Assembly: GCA_029856125.1 (NCBI GenBank)
Contig: JAHQWJ010000139.1
Location: 19,037-83,036, forward strand
DNA length: 64,000 nucleotides
From: Promethearchaeia archaeon
GTDB lineage: Archaea; Asgardarchaeota; Lokiarchaeia; Sigyniarchaeales; SOKP01
Direction of reading: 5' to 3'
Part shown: positions 29,835 to 39,621 of the stretch, piece by piece
Numbering within the stretch: the stretch's first letter is position 1
Layout of the letters: every line of letters begins with the position of its first letter
The notes under the pieces: generated by a model
Database searches by the model: none
The model's input: the letters and a program-made list of their open reading frames with translations, nothing else
What the model was told of the DNA's origin: nothing
Program-made: the position numbers and the translations under genes

Positions 29835-30075
29835 CAATCTACCTAAAGTTTTAATAGCATTGCATCTCTATCCATGAAAAATTAGGCTTCAAATATAAAT
29901 GTGGAAAGGTATTGATTCCTGTTTATAATAGAAGAAATAAAATTAATCCAAAATCCTTTTTCTATAGGATCGTAGTTCATAAATATACCATATTCCTTTA
30001 TTTAATACCTAATGATAGTTATTATTAGGTACACATGAATAAACCACCTAATAATATTTTACGGAGGTAATAAAA

Positions 30076-30243
30076 ATGAAAGCACTGAAAGAACGGATTT
30101 GGTTCGATGAAAGTATAGAAATGCTTACGAAGAGTCCAAAAGAATATTATAGAGGAATTTTCAATGAAGTTGTAGAAGAAATTAAAAAAAATAATAAATT
30201 CGTTAAAAATTTCGACACTTGTCTTACTTGTCCTGAACTATGA
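30076..30243 (+). CDS. Small 55-aa protein with C-terminal CxxCP (not in ORF track)
   Basis: GGAGGT SD at 30063-30068; MKALKERIWFDESIEMLTKSPKEYYRGIFNEVVEEIKKNNKFVKNFDTCLTCPEL; fills an otherwise empty gap. Confidence 0.7.
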   Translation: MKALKERIWFDESIEMLTKSPKEYYRGIFNEVVEEIKKNNKFVKNFDTCLTCPEL

Positions 30244-30297
30244 AAATAGAAATAGGGAAAATCCCTCAGAACAATTAATATTTCTTTTGATCTTTTT

Positions 30298-30876
30298 TTA
30301 ATTTAATGCTATTCCTTCTAATAACGCTTTTCGATTTAAATCTAAAATTGGGCCTTTAAAATGTTGATTTATAGATGCTAAAAGATCCTCCTCAGTTAAA
30401 GGTAAGAATCTTGCGATGTATCCTAAAATAATCGTGTTTATCATTTTAATGTTCTTAAATTTATCAACTATTGGCATTACTGGAACAGTGTAGACATTAT
30501 CCGAATTCTCATTTAGAACTATTGATAGATCTTCTTCCAAAGGATATTCACGAGTCCGTGTTTCTTTTTGGTAAGTTGCTACAATCAGTTTAGAACTTCG
30601 ATCAGGTTTTGCAAATTCTAATACGTCTAAAATGCTTGCCTTTTCAGTGGAGATTATCATATCAGCTGATCCTATAATAGGTATAGGGGCAGCAATCTTT
30701 TCTCCAAAACGAAGGAAGCAAATTACCTTTCCGCCCCTCTGGCTAAGACCGTGTTTTTCAGAAGTTATTACTTTATATCCTTTTTGCATTAGACTGTTTC
30801 CTAATATTTGTAAAAACCTAATTAAACCTTGCCCACCTAAGCCTGTAATAACAATTGTGTAGTTATTACTATTCAT
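30298..30876 (-). CDS. iorB: Indolepyruvate:ferredoxin oxidoreductase beta subunit
   Basis: GLGGQG, EKHGLSQRGG; overlaps the iorA stop. Confidence 0.9.
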   Translation of the reverse strand: MNSNNYTIVITGLGGQGLIRFLQILGNSLMQKGYKVITSEKHGLSQRGGKVICFLRFGEKIAAPIPIIGSADMIISTEKASILDVLEFAKPDRSSKLIVATYQKETRTREYPLEEDLSIVLNENSDNVYTVPVMPIVDKFKNIKMINTIILGYIARFLPLTEEDLLASINQHFKGPILDLNRKALLEGIALN

Positions 30877-32821
30877 TATTATTTCCTCCTAAAATTGCAT
30901 CGTTTGGACATAGGTATTCACAGATACCGCACCCTAAGCATTCATTTGAGTTAATATGAGCGATGTCGTTTTTTTTAGTTAACGCAGGACAGTAAAATTG
31001 ATTGTAACACAAACCACAGTTAGTGCATAATTCTTCGTCAACATACCTTACTTCCAGTGTGTTTCTTTGATTATATTTTTGGATGCATTCATCTTCAATT
31101 ACAATAACTTGCATGTCATTTTTCTCTAAGACACTTTGACCTTTTTCATATAAAATTTCTTCCAGATTATGGAGATAATTCTCATCATTTCCTTTTTGGT
31201 GCTTGATTATACTGACATTTGCACCAGTACCTTGTAAAAGCCTCCCTAAATCTACTTTTTTCTTATTGGATCCTTCCTGATAATAACGATTATCACTTCC
31301 TGGGTGTGGTTGTTGGCCAGTCATCCCGATCCACCCATTATCTAAAATTAATACTAAAATAGGGGCTTTATTGTAGACACCATTTATTAATGCCGGTATT
31401 CCAGAATGAAAAAAAGTGCCATCTCCAATAATAGCAATATTTAAGCTGTCGTCAGTGTGCGCAACTCCTTGAGCTAACGCAATACTCGATCCCATACAGT
31501 ACTTCACGTTAGCAAACGAATACGGCGAGAAAGAAAGAAGTGTATAGCACCCAATATCTTGATAAAAGTAAATTTCTTTTGCGAAGTCTAATTTTAATTT
31601 CTTGACCGCTTTCCTTAAAGCATATCCAATCGTACCGTAAGGACAACCTGGGCATAATATGGGCCTCCTTCTAACTGTTTCATATCTTTTACCGTTAATT
31701 TGCCTTAGGTTTGTTATTGGTGTTAGATTAGTTATTTTTGTTAACGCAAGAGCAACTTTAGTCGGATTTAATTCTCCAACAAAATTCAATGCTGAACTTT
31801 CTTTTGAATAGGAAAATGGATCTTTCCCGTGTATTTTCGTTTGAACGCCGTTCTTTTGAGCAATCGCTAAAACTTCTGTTTCGATGTACGCATCGTTTTC
31901 TTCTACTACAAATACTTGTTTAAACTGTTTAAGGAATGTAACGATTTTTCTTTCAGGTAGAGGGTTAATAAAGCCAAGTTTAAGGACAGGTGCTTTTATG
32001 TTAAGTGATTCTAGTGCTTCAAGCACATATGTATATGACACTCCACTTGTAATGATTCCTAAATCGAATTCATTTGACACATTTTTATATTCGATTTTAT
32101 TTAAAGAGCTATTTTCTGACTTTGATAATGCTCGATTCATCCTATTATATATCTGATCTTGCTTCAAATCTAAGAAATAGAGTCTTGACGCTACATTAAC
32201 CTCAGGTGATAAATCAAAATTTTCGTTAAGTTTAGGTGGTACTAGTTTTCCAACTTTAACATTACTCCTTGCGTGAGCCACCATAGTAACCAACCGTATA
32301 ATTACAGGAATTTTTAACTCCCTTGAAATTTCGAACGCAAGTTTAGTATATTCCAAACATTCTTGGGGATTACTGGGTTCCAGAGCGGGCACCTTTAATA
32401 GTTTCAAGTAATATCTTGAATCCATTTCGACAGCACTGGAATACTGTTGAGGATCGTCAGCAACTAAAACAACCATAGCGGAATTTTCATTTTTTGGGCG
32501 TGTAGTAGCAAGAGCAAAGAAGGCATCTGAAGCGACGTTCAAACCTACATTTTTCATACCAACCATAGCTTTAGCTCCTCGAGAATATGCAGCACCTGCA
32601 ACTTCAATTGCAACCTTTTCGTTAACGCTACTTTCTACCCAATTCAATCCTGCATCTTTAAATAATTCTGTAAAAGTCTCTCCTACTTCTGAACTTGGAG
32701 TACCTGGGTAATAGGTGTAAACATTTATACCGCTTTCCAGAGCACCACGAGTAACGGCTACATTCCCTAAAAGAAAGAATTCTTCACCAAATTGGCCTTG
32801 TAAGATTTTGGAGCGTTCCAT
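30869..32821 (-). CDS. iorA: Indolepyruvate:ferredoxin oxidoreductase alpha subunit
   Basis: YPGTPSSE, NEKVA, K.VGLNVASD, LCPGCP, DIGCY, GDGTFFHSG, C-terminal ferredoxin. Confidence 0.93.
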   Translation of the reverse strand: MERSKILQGQFGEEFFLLGNVAVTRGALESGINVYTYYPGTPSSEVGETFTELFKDAGLNWVESSVNEKVAIEVAGAAYSRGAKAMVGMKNVGLNVASDAFFALATTRPKNENSAMVVLVADDPQQYSSAVEMDSRYYLKLLKVPALEPSNPQECLEYTKLAFEISRELKIPVIIRLVTMVAHARSNVKVGKLVPPKLNENFDLSPEVNVASRLYFLDLKQDQIYNRMNRALSKSENSSLNKIEYKNVSNEFDLGIITSGVSYTYVLEALESLNIKAPVLKLGFINPLPERKIVTFLKQFKQVFVVEENDAYIETEVLAIAQKNGVQTKIHGKDPFSYSKESSALNFVGELNPTKVALALTKITNLTPITNLRQINGKRYETVRRRPILCPGCPYGTIGYALRKAVKKLKLDFAKEIYFYQDIGCYTLLSFSPYSFANVKYCMGSSIALAQGVAHTDDSLNIAIIGDGTFFHSGIPALINGVYNKAPILVLILDNGWIGMTGQQPHPGSDNRYYQEGSNKKKVDLGRLLQGTGANVSIIKHQKGNDENYLHNLEEILYEKGQSVLEKNDMQVIVIEDECIQKYNQRNTLEVRYVDEELCTNCGLCYNQFYCPALTKKNDIAHINSNECLGCGICEYLCPNDAILGGNNNE

Positions 32822-32994
32822 TGTCTTGTGAAATTACTTTCCTAATTAATTTTTAATTTAGTAAATTGTACTTTCACTTGCATTAAACTTTTATATAAAT
32901 AAAATAAATGCATTTTATCGGTATTAAATTGAATTCTATTACTAATGATACCATCTAAGAGAAAAAATTAACAATAGCTTGCGAGGTGCAAGAA

Positions 32995-34644
32995 TTGGTC
33001 AAATACAAAAGAGGTCACCTTTATTATCCCACAATTCCTATCCATAAAGTTTTAGAGGATACTGCTGAAAGATTTCCGGACAAATTAGCTTTTCTTTACC
33101 CTATGGAAATGACTTTCAAACAGTTTAAAGAGCAAGTAGATATCTTCGCTACTGCATTGAAAAACTTAGGTGTGAAAAAGGGCGATAGAGTAGCCCTTTA
33201 TATCCCAAATTCCATCCAGTGGGAAATCGCGTTTTATGGGTTAGAGAAAGCAGGGGCAACAATGGTGCCCATGAATCCCTTATTTAAAGAAACTGAGGTC
33301 AAATACGAAGCTAATGACTCTGGAGCGAAAACTATAGTAGTTTTCCAGCCATTATACCCAATTGTAGCTGCAGTCAAAGATAAAACAGAACTTAATACAA
33401 TAATAATAATCGAATCAGAAGAGAATAAGGAGAATCTTAAAATGCCGGAGGGGACCATAGGATGGTCAGAACTAATGAAAAGTACAAAATCTGATCCTCC
33501 AGAATATGTATTCAATCCGAAAGAGGATCTTGCTGCGCTGGTATACACAAGCGGAACTACAGGATTACCAAAAGGAACAATGCTTACGCATTACAATATG
33601 GTATCAAATGTAGTTCAAGCTAGTACAATGTTCGAGTTAAGTGAATTTGATATCGCCATGACTGTGCTTCCACTTTATCATATCTATGGCCTTAATGTTT
33701 GTATGAACCAGGCTATTTGGTTAGGTGCATCACAGGTTGTGACACCTCGATTCGATGCGAAAGAGTTTTGTGAGTTGGTAGAAAAATATAGAATTACCTA
33801 CAGCCTATGTGTCCCTCCAATATTTCTCGCAGTTGTTAGACACTTAGAAGAACCGAGAGTTAAAGGATACGATTGGGAGGATCTTAAAATTGTTAATAAT
33901 GGTGGGGCTCCAATTCCGCTAGAACTTCTTGAGAGGTTTTATAAATTAGCAAAAAAGAAATGTAACGCTAAAAATGTAACCATCCAACACGGTTGGGGAT
34001 TAACCGAAGCTTCCCCTGTAGTTGCCGCTAATCCTATGTCTCGACCTAAGATGGAATCCCAAGGAATTTTAATTCCAGATACTTTTCATAAGATTATCGA
34101 CTTAGAAACAGGTGAAGAACTACCAAAACGCGGAGATGTTGGTGAGCTTGTTATAAAGGGCCCTCAAGTTATGAAAGGCTATTGGAACCGATCAGAGGCT
34201 ACCGAAAGCGCATTTTGGACAGATTCTAAAACCGGAGAAAAATGGTTAAGAACGGGCGATATGGCATACATAGACGAAGAAGAATACGAACACCTTCTTG
34301 ATCGGATAAAAGAAATGATTAAATATAAAGGTTGGAGTATCGCACCTGCAGAACTTGAAGACATGCTCTTTAACAATCCTCATATCTTTGACGCTGCTGT
34401 TATAGGCAAACCATCTAAAGAATTAGATGTAGGAGAAATTCCGAAAGCTTTCATCATTTTAAAACCAGAGTCCAAAGGAAAAGTGTCAGAACTAGAAATT
34501 ATAGATTGGATTGCCGAAAGGATTTCTGCTTACAAAAAGATTCGAGAGGTTGAATTCGTTGATGAAATTCCAAAATCAGGCTCTGGAAAAATTTTGAGAA
34601 GAGAACTGGTCGAATTAGAAAAAAAAAGGCTTGGTATAAAATAA
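32995..34644 (+). CDS. Long-chain fatty acid--CoA ligase (AMP-binding)
   Basis: YTSGTTGLPKG, GWGLTEASP, RTGD, PKSGSGKILRR; GAGGTG SD before TTG 32995. Confidence 0.92.
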   Translation: MVKYKRGHLYYPTIPIHKVLEDTAERFPDKLAFLYPMEMTFKQFKEQVDIFATALKNLGVKKGDRVALYIPNSIQWEIAFYGLEKAGATMVPMNPLFKETEVKYEANDSGAKTIVVFQPLYPIVAAVKDKTELNTIIIIESEENKENLKMPEGTIGWSELMKSTKSDPPEYVFNPKEDLAALVYTSGTTGLPKGTMLTHYNMVSNVVQASTMFELSEFDIAMTVLPLYHIYGLNVCMNQAIWLGASQVVTPRFDAKEFCELVEKYRITYSLCVPPIFLAVVRHLEEPRVKGYDWEDLKIVNNGGAPIPLELLERFYKLAKKKCNAKNVTIQHGWGLTEASPVVAANPMSRPKMESQGILIPDTFHKIIDLETGEELPKRGDVGELVIKGPQVMKGYWNRSEATESAFWTDSKTGEKWLRTGDMAYIDEEEYEHLLDRIKEMIKYKGWSIAPAELEDMLFNNPHIFDAAVIGKPSKELDVGEIPKAFIILKPESKGKVSELEIIDWIAERISAYKKIREVEFVDEIPKSGSGKILRRELVELEKKRLGIK

Positions 34645-34651
34645 AAAAAAA

Positions 34652-35020
34652 TTATATGGCAGTAGGATCGTTCTGCATAATTCCGGAAATAACACCCTCA
34701 GAATCTTTAAAATAAGCTAACCAGCCTACATGAGGCACTGCGTGCTTTGGCCTCACGATTTCGCCGCCTTTACTTTCGATTTTCTCGATTATATCGTCAA
34801 TATTAGCTACATCAATAGTGTTTACCACTTTTGGGAAACCTTCTTCTGCGTAACCTAAACCCCCATCAATCCCTGTTTCGTCTTCGTCACCAGTCATAAT
34901 GAGCCAATAATCCATAGGGCCATCCCATTTTTCAAACCTCCAACCAAATACATCTTCATAAAAAGATATTGCCTTATGAACATCCTTTACATTCATTTCA
35001 AAATGCACTAATCTCGGCAT
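34652..35020 (-). CDS. VOC/glyoxalase family protein
   Basis: VHFE...FYEDVFGW...GIDGG...GWLAYFKDSEG. Confidence 0.9.
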   Translation of the reverse strand: MPRLVHFEMNVKDVHKAISFYEDVFGWRFEKWDGPMDYWLIMTGDEDETGIDGGLGYAEEGFPKVVNTIDVANIDDIIEKIESKGGEIVRPKHAVPHVGWLAYFKDSEGVISGIMQNDPTAI

Positions 35021-35101
35021 TAAAACACCTCTTAATGTTTTTACATTATAACTTAAAAGTTAATTATAAAAAAGTTTTACTTATAATGTAAAAATTCCAC
35101 T

Positions 35102-35701
35102 CTATACTTTTCTTTCTTTTTTACCTGCCTTCCTTAAAATAATTAAACCAATTATCGCTCCTATAATAAAGGGAATGATTATTTGAAGCCACATTAATTC
35201 AATAGGTAGCAAGTAAATAGGGGGATGATGTTGTGTAAGGGGTGGTATTGTTCTTAAGTAATAAGAAATAGCAGAAGTAATCCAATTATAAGACCACGCA
35301 ATAAAAGTGGCAACTCCTAACCAATTCCATGTCTTATAAATTAATCGCTTATTAAAGTATGATAGATATGTCTTTAGTATTACTATAACTGCAATGGGAA
35401 AACTAGGCCAAAAGTGAAAGTTAAAGCTTAAACTAGTTATTTCAAATGGCGGTGATGCATAGATTAAAGATCCAATATACCCCGTGATCCCTGCAAATAA
35501 TCCCAAAAAGAAGAGCGTTGTAGCAAATCCACCAAAAGCCCTGTGGGATCTAAACAATATATCGTTTGTTTTTAATAAACCTATCTTTTTCTTCCTAAAA
35601 CCGGCGTAGTAGCCGGTTGCCGCTTGCACTGTAGCACATAAACACCCTAACATGGTAACAATTGTGTTAAATTCTGCTGGTTCAGCTGTAAATCCCGCCA
35701 T
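35102..35701 (-). CDS. Membrane protein, DUF6529/cytochrome b-like
   Basis: TM helices with FRSHRAFG and FHFW. Confidence 0.55.
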   Translation of the reverse strand: MAGFTAEPAEFNTIVTMLGCLCATVQAATGYYAGFRKKKIGLLKTNDILFRSHRAFGGFATTLFFLGLFAGITGYIGSLIYASPPFEITSLSFNFHFWPSFPIAVIVILKTYLSYFNKRLIYKTWNWLGVATFIAWSYNWITSAISYYLRTIPPLTQHHPPIYLLPIELMWLQIIIPFIIGAIIGLIILRKAGKKERKV

Positions 35702-35856
35702 AATTAGTCGATTCCTTATTTTGTGATAAAACTCGCTTAATCAAGAGTATGTTTTAGATTATAATAATATATGATATAGTTTAACATTCAGTATAGATTT
35801 TTGTTCTTCTTAATAATTTTGATTATACTCTATGAATTGCTCAAATAAGGTTTAAT

Positions 35857-36306
35857 TTATTTTATTATTGCCTCGCAAGGAGGTGCGTCCTCTCCAATTG
35901 ACCATAAGAAAAAATGGGCTCCTGTTGGTCCTAACCACTTAAACTGTTTTGCTATTATTTTCTGTTTTTCTCCGTAGGGTTTATCTCTAAAAGATTTCAA
36001 ATAATTGTCAAACGAACTGTGCTTTTCTATTAGTTCAAGAAAAATTTTAGCATTAGAAATTATTGCTTGTACTTTCTTTCCGTTACGGATAATTTTAGGT
36101 GATTCTAACGCATCAGAAATTTCATCTATAGTCCAATTCGAGATAATTTCGGGGTCGAATTCGTTAAAAACTTCTTTGATACCCTTCCATTTTGTATTCA
36201 CCACTTGATATGAGAATCCCGCATTAAAAACAGCTTTACTTAAAATTTCAAAGTATCCCTTTTCGTCATCAGGCTTTTCTTGAGGTGGAATAATTTTGTG
36301 CGCCAT
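35857..36306 (-). CDS. tag: DNA-3-methyladenine glycosylase I family
   Basis: FEILSKAVFNAGFSY...F..FDP...IIRN.KKV.AII.NA...FKWLGPT...FL.SIG. Confidence 0.8.
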   Translation of the reverse strand: MAHKIIPPQEKPDDEKGYFEILSKAVFNAGFSYQVVNTKWKGIKEVFNEFDPEIISNWTIDEISDALESPKIIRNGKKVQAIISNAKIFLELIEKHSSFDNYLKSFRDKPYGEKQKIIAKQFKWLGPTGAHFFLWSIGEDAPPCEAIIK

Positions 36307-36452
36307 GGTTATTTCGTAAATTTGACAAAATTATACTTTAGGATTATTTTTCATTAAAAGAAAACCTCATAAGGTTATTAAAAATTAAGCGTATTAAAAA
36401 ATAATAATTTTAAAAGATAAATACGATAAGTAAGAATTAAACCAACCAACCC

Positions 36453-37550
36453 TCATGACTCAAAATCTAATTTTGTTTGACGAAACTTAATTTCTTGTTC
36501 CCTTTTTTTATTTAAGGACTCCTTAAAATGAGTAATCCTTTTTTCAAGGCTTCTCTTAAACGAATTGTCAATATTTAGATTATTTAAGACTTCATTAACA
36601 ATTCGAAAATTATTAAATTCCGCTTTAGACTTAATTACAGGTATTATTATTGAGGTGTCTGACAAAAAATCATTTATTAAATTTAGGGATAGCTCTAAAT
36701 GAGGTATCAGATTTTCTTCACTTTCGTGAAAGTTTTTTCCTTCAAGAATTCTCGATTTAATAACTTCAACGCGGGGGTATTTTTCGTAAGCATACCCCTT
36801 TATCCCTAATTTCAGACAAGCCGCTAAGGTTGAACAGGTCCCCCCAAAGGGGTCTAATACTGTTTTTGCATCTGGAACCATTTTAATACATTTATGTGGG
36901 AGACCTATTGGAAATGGAGCCTCGTGCCCTTTTTTAATCGATGCTCCTGTAGTCTTCATATATGGGATTAACCATACATTGCCGGGATCTCTTAAATCGG
37001 TGTCAGAATACCTTCCAATATTGGATTTATCTGTGTAAGGTATACCAATCGCTTTTGGGTCGATCTTGTATTCTTTAGTATTTTTTGCAAAGAGGAAAAT
37101 ATGTTCCCAGAGATTATTTAACCGTCGATTTCCTCCGGAGGGAGTGTAGTGTCCTTTCCCAAGAAACGATTTAACCCAGATAATATCTTGAATTCGCTTC
37201 CAGGATGCGTTTTCAGCAGATTTAGCGACTTTTTCAGATTTCCCTTGATCTCCGGCAGAATCACCAATATTCAGAAAGAATAATGCACTTTTTTTTGCTA
37301 CTCTATAACATTCAGACCAGATGGTAGTTAAGAAGGAATAATATTCAGCATCATCCATTTTATCATCATGAATTTCACCGTTATCTGAAGAATATGTTTT
37401 TCCACGATTATAAGGGGGAGAAGTTATTACTACATCAATTGATTCGTCCTCTAATTCAGACATGTGTTCTGACGATTTGAAAAAAATCGTCTGATTTTTA
37501 AATTCCAATTTTCCCTCATTAATAATGTTACCTTTTTTTTCTAGTGCCAC
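36453..37550 (-). CDS. Site-specific DNA methyltransferase (N4-C/N6-A, beta class) with C-terminal extension
   Basis: ITSPPYN, HEAPFP, VLDPFGGT. Confidence 0.88.
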   Translation of the reverse strand: MALEKKGNIINEGKLEFKNQTIFFKSSEHMSELEDESIDVVITSPPYNRGKTYSSDNGEIHDDKMDDAEYYSFLTTIWSECYRVAKKSALFFLNIGDSAGDQGKSEKVAKSAENASWKRIQDIIWVKSFLGKGHYTPSGGNRRLNNLWEHIFLFAKNTKEYKIDPKAIGIPYTDKSNIGRYSDTDLRDPGNVWLIPYMKTTGASIKKGHEAPFPIGLPHKCIKMVPDAKTVLDPFGGTCSTLAACLKLGIKGYAYEKYPRVEVIKSRILEGKNFHESEENLIPHLELSLNLINDFLSDTSIIIPVIKSKAEFNNFRIVNEVLNNLNIDNSFKRSLEKRITHFKESLNKKREQEIKFRQTKLDFES

Positions 37551-37659
37551 AATTCGTCCTTCCTATATGGTTATGCTCAATCTAAGAGAAAGTTTGCATA
37601 AAATCTCTCAATCAAGTTGTTTAAAATCCTTTTTAATATTTTAATAGGAAATCGTAATT

Positions 37660-37830
37660 TATTTATTTGAGCCTTATGCTGTTAAAGTTATTTTTAATTT
37701 CCTTTCATGGAATTAAAATTTTATTCTATCGAATTCTATATTTACAATATAGCAATAGAATACGGATATAACCCTACACCCTCTATCCCATCAACCAATA
37801 CGGCATTTGGGATTACTTTCTTAATTATAT
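37660..37830 (-). ncRNA. Predicted omegaRNA/reRNA overlapping the tnpB 3' end (scaffold plus flanking guide)
   Basis: Inferred from TnpB biology and the right-end hairpin; exact ends cannot be read from the sequence. Confidence 0.45.
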
Positions 37831-38990
37831 TATACCCCGCGTTGACATCGGCATTTATGATAATTCCTTTCTTACTTCGAAATAGCCCTCTGTTAATTCG
37901 CTTCCCGGCATAGGATTTGTGTTTTTGAATCGATTCGTTATCTAAAAAACTGCATTTAGATGTATAAGATTCCTTTTCTAAGATAACATCAATTCCTATT
38001 AATTTGGATTTGTATTGAATTTGAGAAATCAATTTGAAATAGGGAAGTTGAACGAATTTTTGGTTATTTCTCCGCCCCATGTTAACTTTTTGTTTCCAGA
38101 AGCGATTATACCCTATAACAATCGTTCCAAAATTATTTACGACACAATGGTTAATAATTTTCCTTGAAATTTTATGAAATTGGTCGTTAATCTTGTTATT
38201 TCGTCTTTGAGTAAGTTTCTGAATTCTTCTCGTTCCAAGCGGGATACCCTGCTTATCTTTAATTCTATTATATTTTGCAACTTGTTTATTGTAAAATTGA
38301 TTAGTGGACTTCGCAATACCGCCTTTAATAATTACAGGTTGTAGTCCTGCATTATTTACCATAGTTACAATATTTGCTAATCCTAAATCAATCCCTAATA
38401 TTCTTTTTTTATCTACTTTTAGATTTTTTACTTCTTTCTCGTATATAATCTCTACAATATAATAAAATCCTCTAGGAACGAGCCTTACCTGATGTAATTG
38501 GTTTTTAATGCGCGTTTTTATAGGAGATATGGCGACTTTTTTAGGAAAATATAAGTTGCCCTCCCTGATTCGGCATTGTTGATTAGTGAAAATTAGTGTG
38601 AACTCTCCGTTTCTTTTCTTATACTTTGGAGGTCTAGGGCGTCCTTGATACTTTCTTGGTTGTACCTTCCAATTTTTAAGAGATTTAAAAAATGATTTCC
38701 AATTCTTATCAACTAATCTTAATATCTGCTGAGATGTTTGCGACGGAAGTTTTTGATATGTTTTTTTATCTTTTAACATATACCATAAATCGTAGTATCT
38801 TAACCAGTTTCCTAGATAAAATAATTCTTGCCTTACATAATAATTTGCTACATTATAGAGGTTTTTGGATAAATGACATAAGCACGAGATGTGTGGTGTC
38901 TTTTTTGTTTGAATTTGTTCTGTCAGTCTCATCCCTATGTCTTTCAATAGATAAATATACTAATAAAAAATAAGAGAGTGTAAATTTACA
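37681..38990 (-). mobile_element. Solo (tnpA-less) IS200/IS605-family element; boundaries approximate
   Basis: tnpB plus subterminal hairpin 37691-37718 followed by TAACTTTAAC on the - strand; left end uncertain. Confidence 0.6.
37742..38932 (-). CDS. tnpB: RNA-guided endonuclease TnpB
   Basis: SKNLYNVANY, GIDLG (RuvC-I), IVIGYN..WKQ, ESYTSKCSFLD, NADVNAGYNI (RuvC-III), GIEGVGL.P tail; likely start MRLTE at 38932. Confidence 0.95.
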   Translation of the reverse strand: MRLTEQIQTKKTPHISCLCHLSKNLYNVANYYVRQELFYLGNWLRYYDLWYMLKDKKTYQKLPSQTSQQILRLVDKNWKSFFKSLKNWKVQPRKYQGRPRPPKYKKRNGEFTLIFTNQQCRIREGNLYFPKKVAISPIKTRIKNQLHQVRLVPRGFYYIVEIIYEKEVKNLKVDKKRILGIDLGLANIVTMVNNAGLQPVIIKGGIAKSTNQFYNKQVAKYNRIKDKQGIPLGTRRIQKLTQRRNNKINDQFHKISRKIINHCVVNNFGTIVIGYNRFWKQKVNMGRRNNQKFVQLPYFKLISQIQYKSKLIGIDVILEKESYTSKCSFLDNESIQKHKSYAGKRINRGLFRSKKGIIINADVNAGYNIIKKVIPNAVLVDGIEGVGLYPYSIAIL

Positions 38991-39348
38991 GATAATTTAG
39001 AGGGATTTTAAGGAAGATATAAATGAAGGGAAATTAAAATTAATCTGCTGTTAATAAGGTAAAATTACGAGACTCATTATCTTTTCAATTTATAGATTTC
39101 ATATTTAGATAGAGAGCGAATAATTTAAAATTCAGCGAGATCAGGCGGTTTTCTTGATATGAGGAAATAAGGAAGAACACCAACACATTAAGAGTTTCAC
39201 AGATACTCCTCTTTGTATAAACAAATCGTTATACAAATTAACATTGGTTTGAGGAATTAAGAGAATATAATAGTTACATTTAATAATCTCCAAATTAAAC
39301 TTTCTATCGGAGAAGAAAGGTTACTTTTTCCAAATGAGGAGGTATAAA

Positions 39349-39519
39349 ATGAATACGGAAGTCAAACCTTGGGAAGACTCGTTATTATCGTGCCCATTTA
39401 CGCGTTCGTGCCACCTACCCAAAGCTAAGGAAGTTTGTGACTTTCCTAATTACAAAATGTGCTCCGATTACCAATCTGGGTTAAATAAACTTAAATCTAC
39501 TTCTAAGGTATTACATTAA
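39349..39519 (+). CDS. Small 56-aa four-Cys protein
   Basis: GAGGAGGT SD just before ATG 39349; CPFTRSC...C...C. Confidence 0.7.
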   Translation: MNTEVKPWEDSLLSCPFTRSCHLPKAKEVCDFPNYKMCSDYQSGLNKLKSTSKVLH

Positions 39520-39621
39520 TAGTATAGCAGTCTTATTTTTTAACTTCTTTTTTCATATTACTGATTTCAAGTTTATTTAATATGCGACAATTAATTTAGA
39601 TATTCAAATATCAAATTTTTA

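Noticed and set aside
30241-30249. TGA-AAA-TAG after CxxCPEL as possible Sec read-through
   Set aside because: No SECIS-like element seen; TGA is a common ordinary stop in this window.
38990-39200. Possible tnpA remnant upstream of tnpB
   Set aside because: No HUH (HxH) or serine-recombinase motif recognisable in the frames examined.
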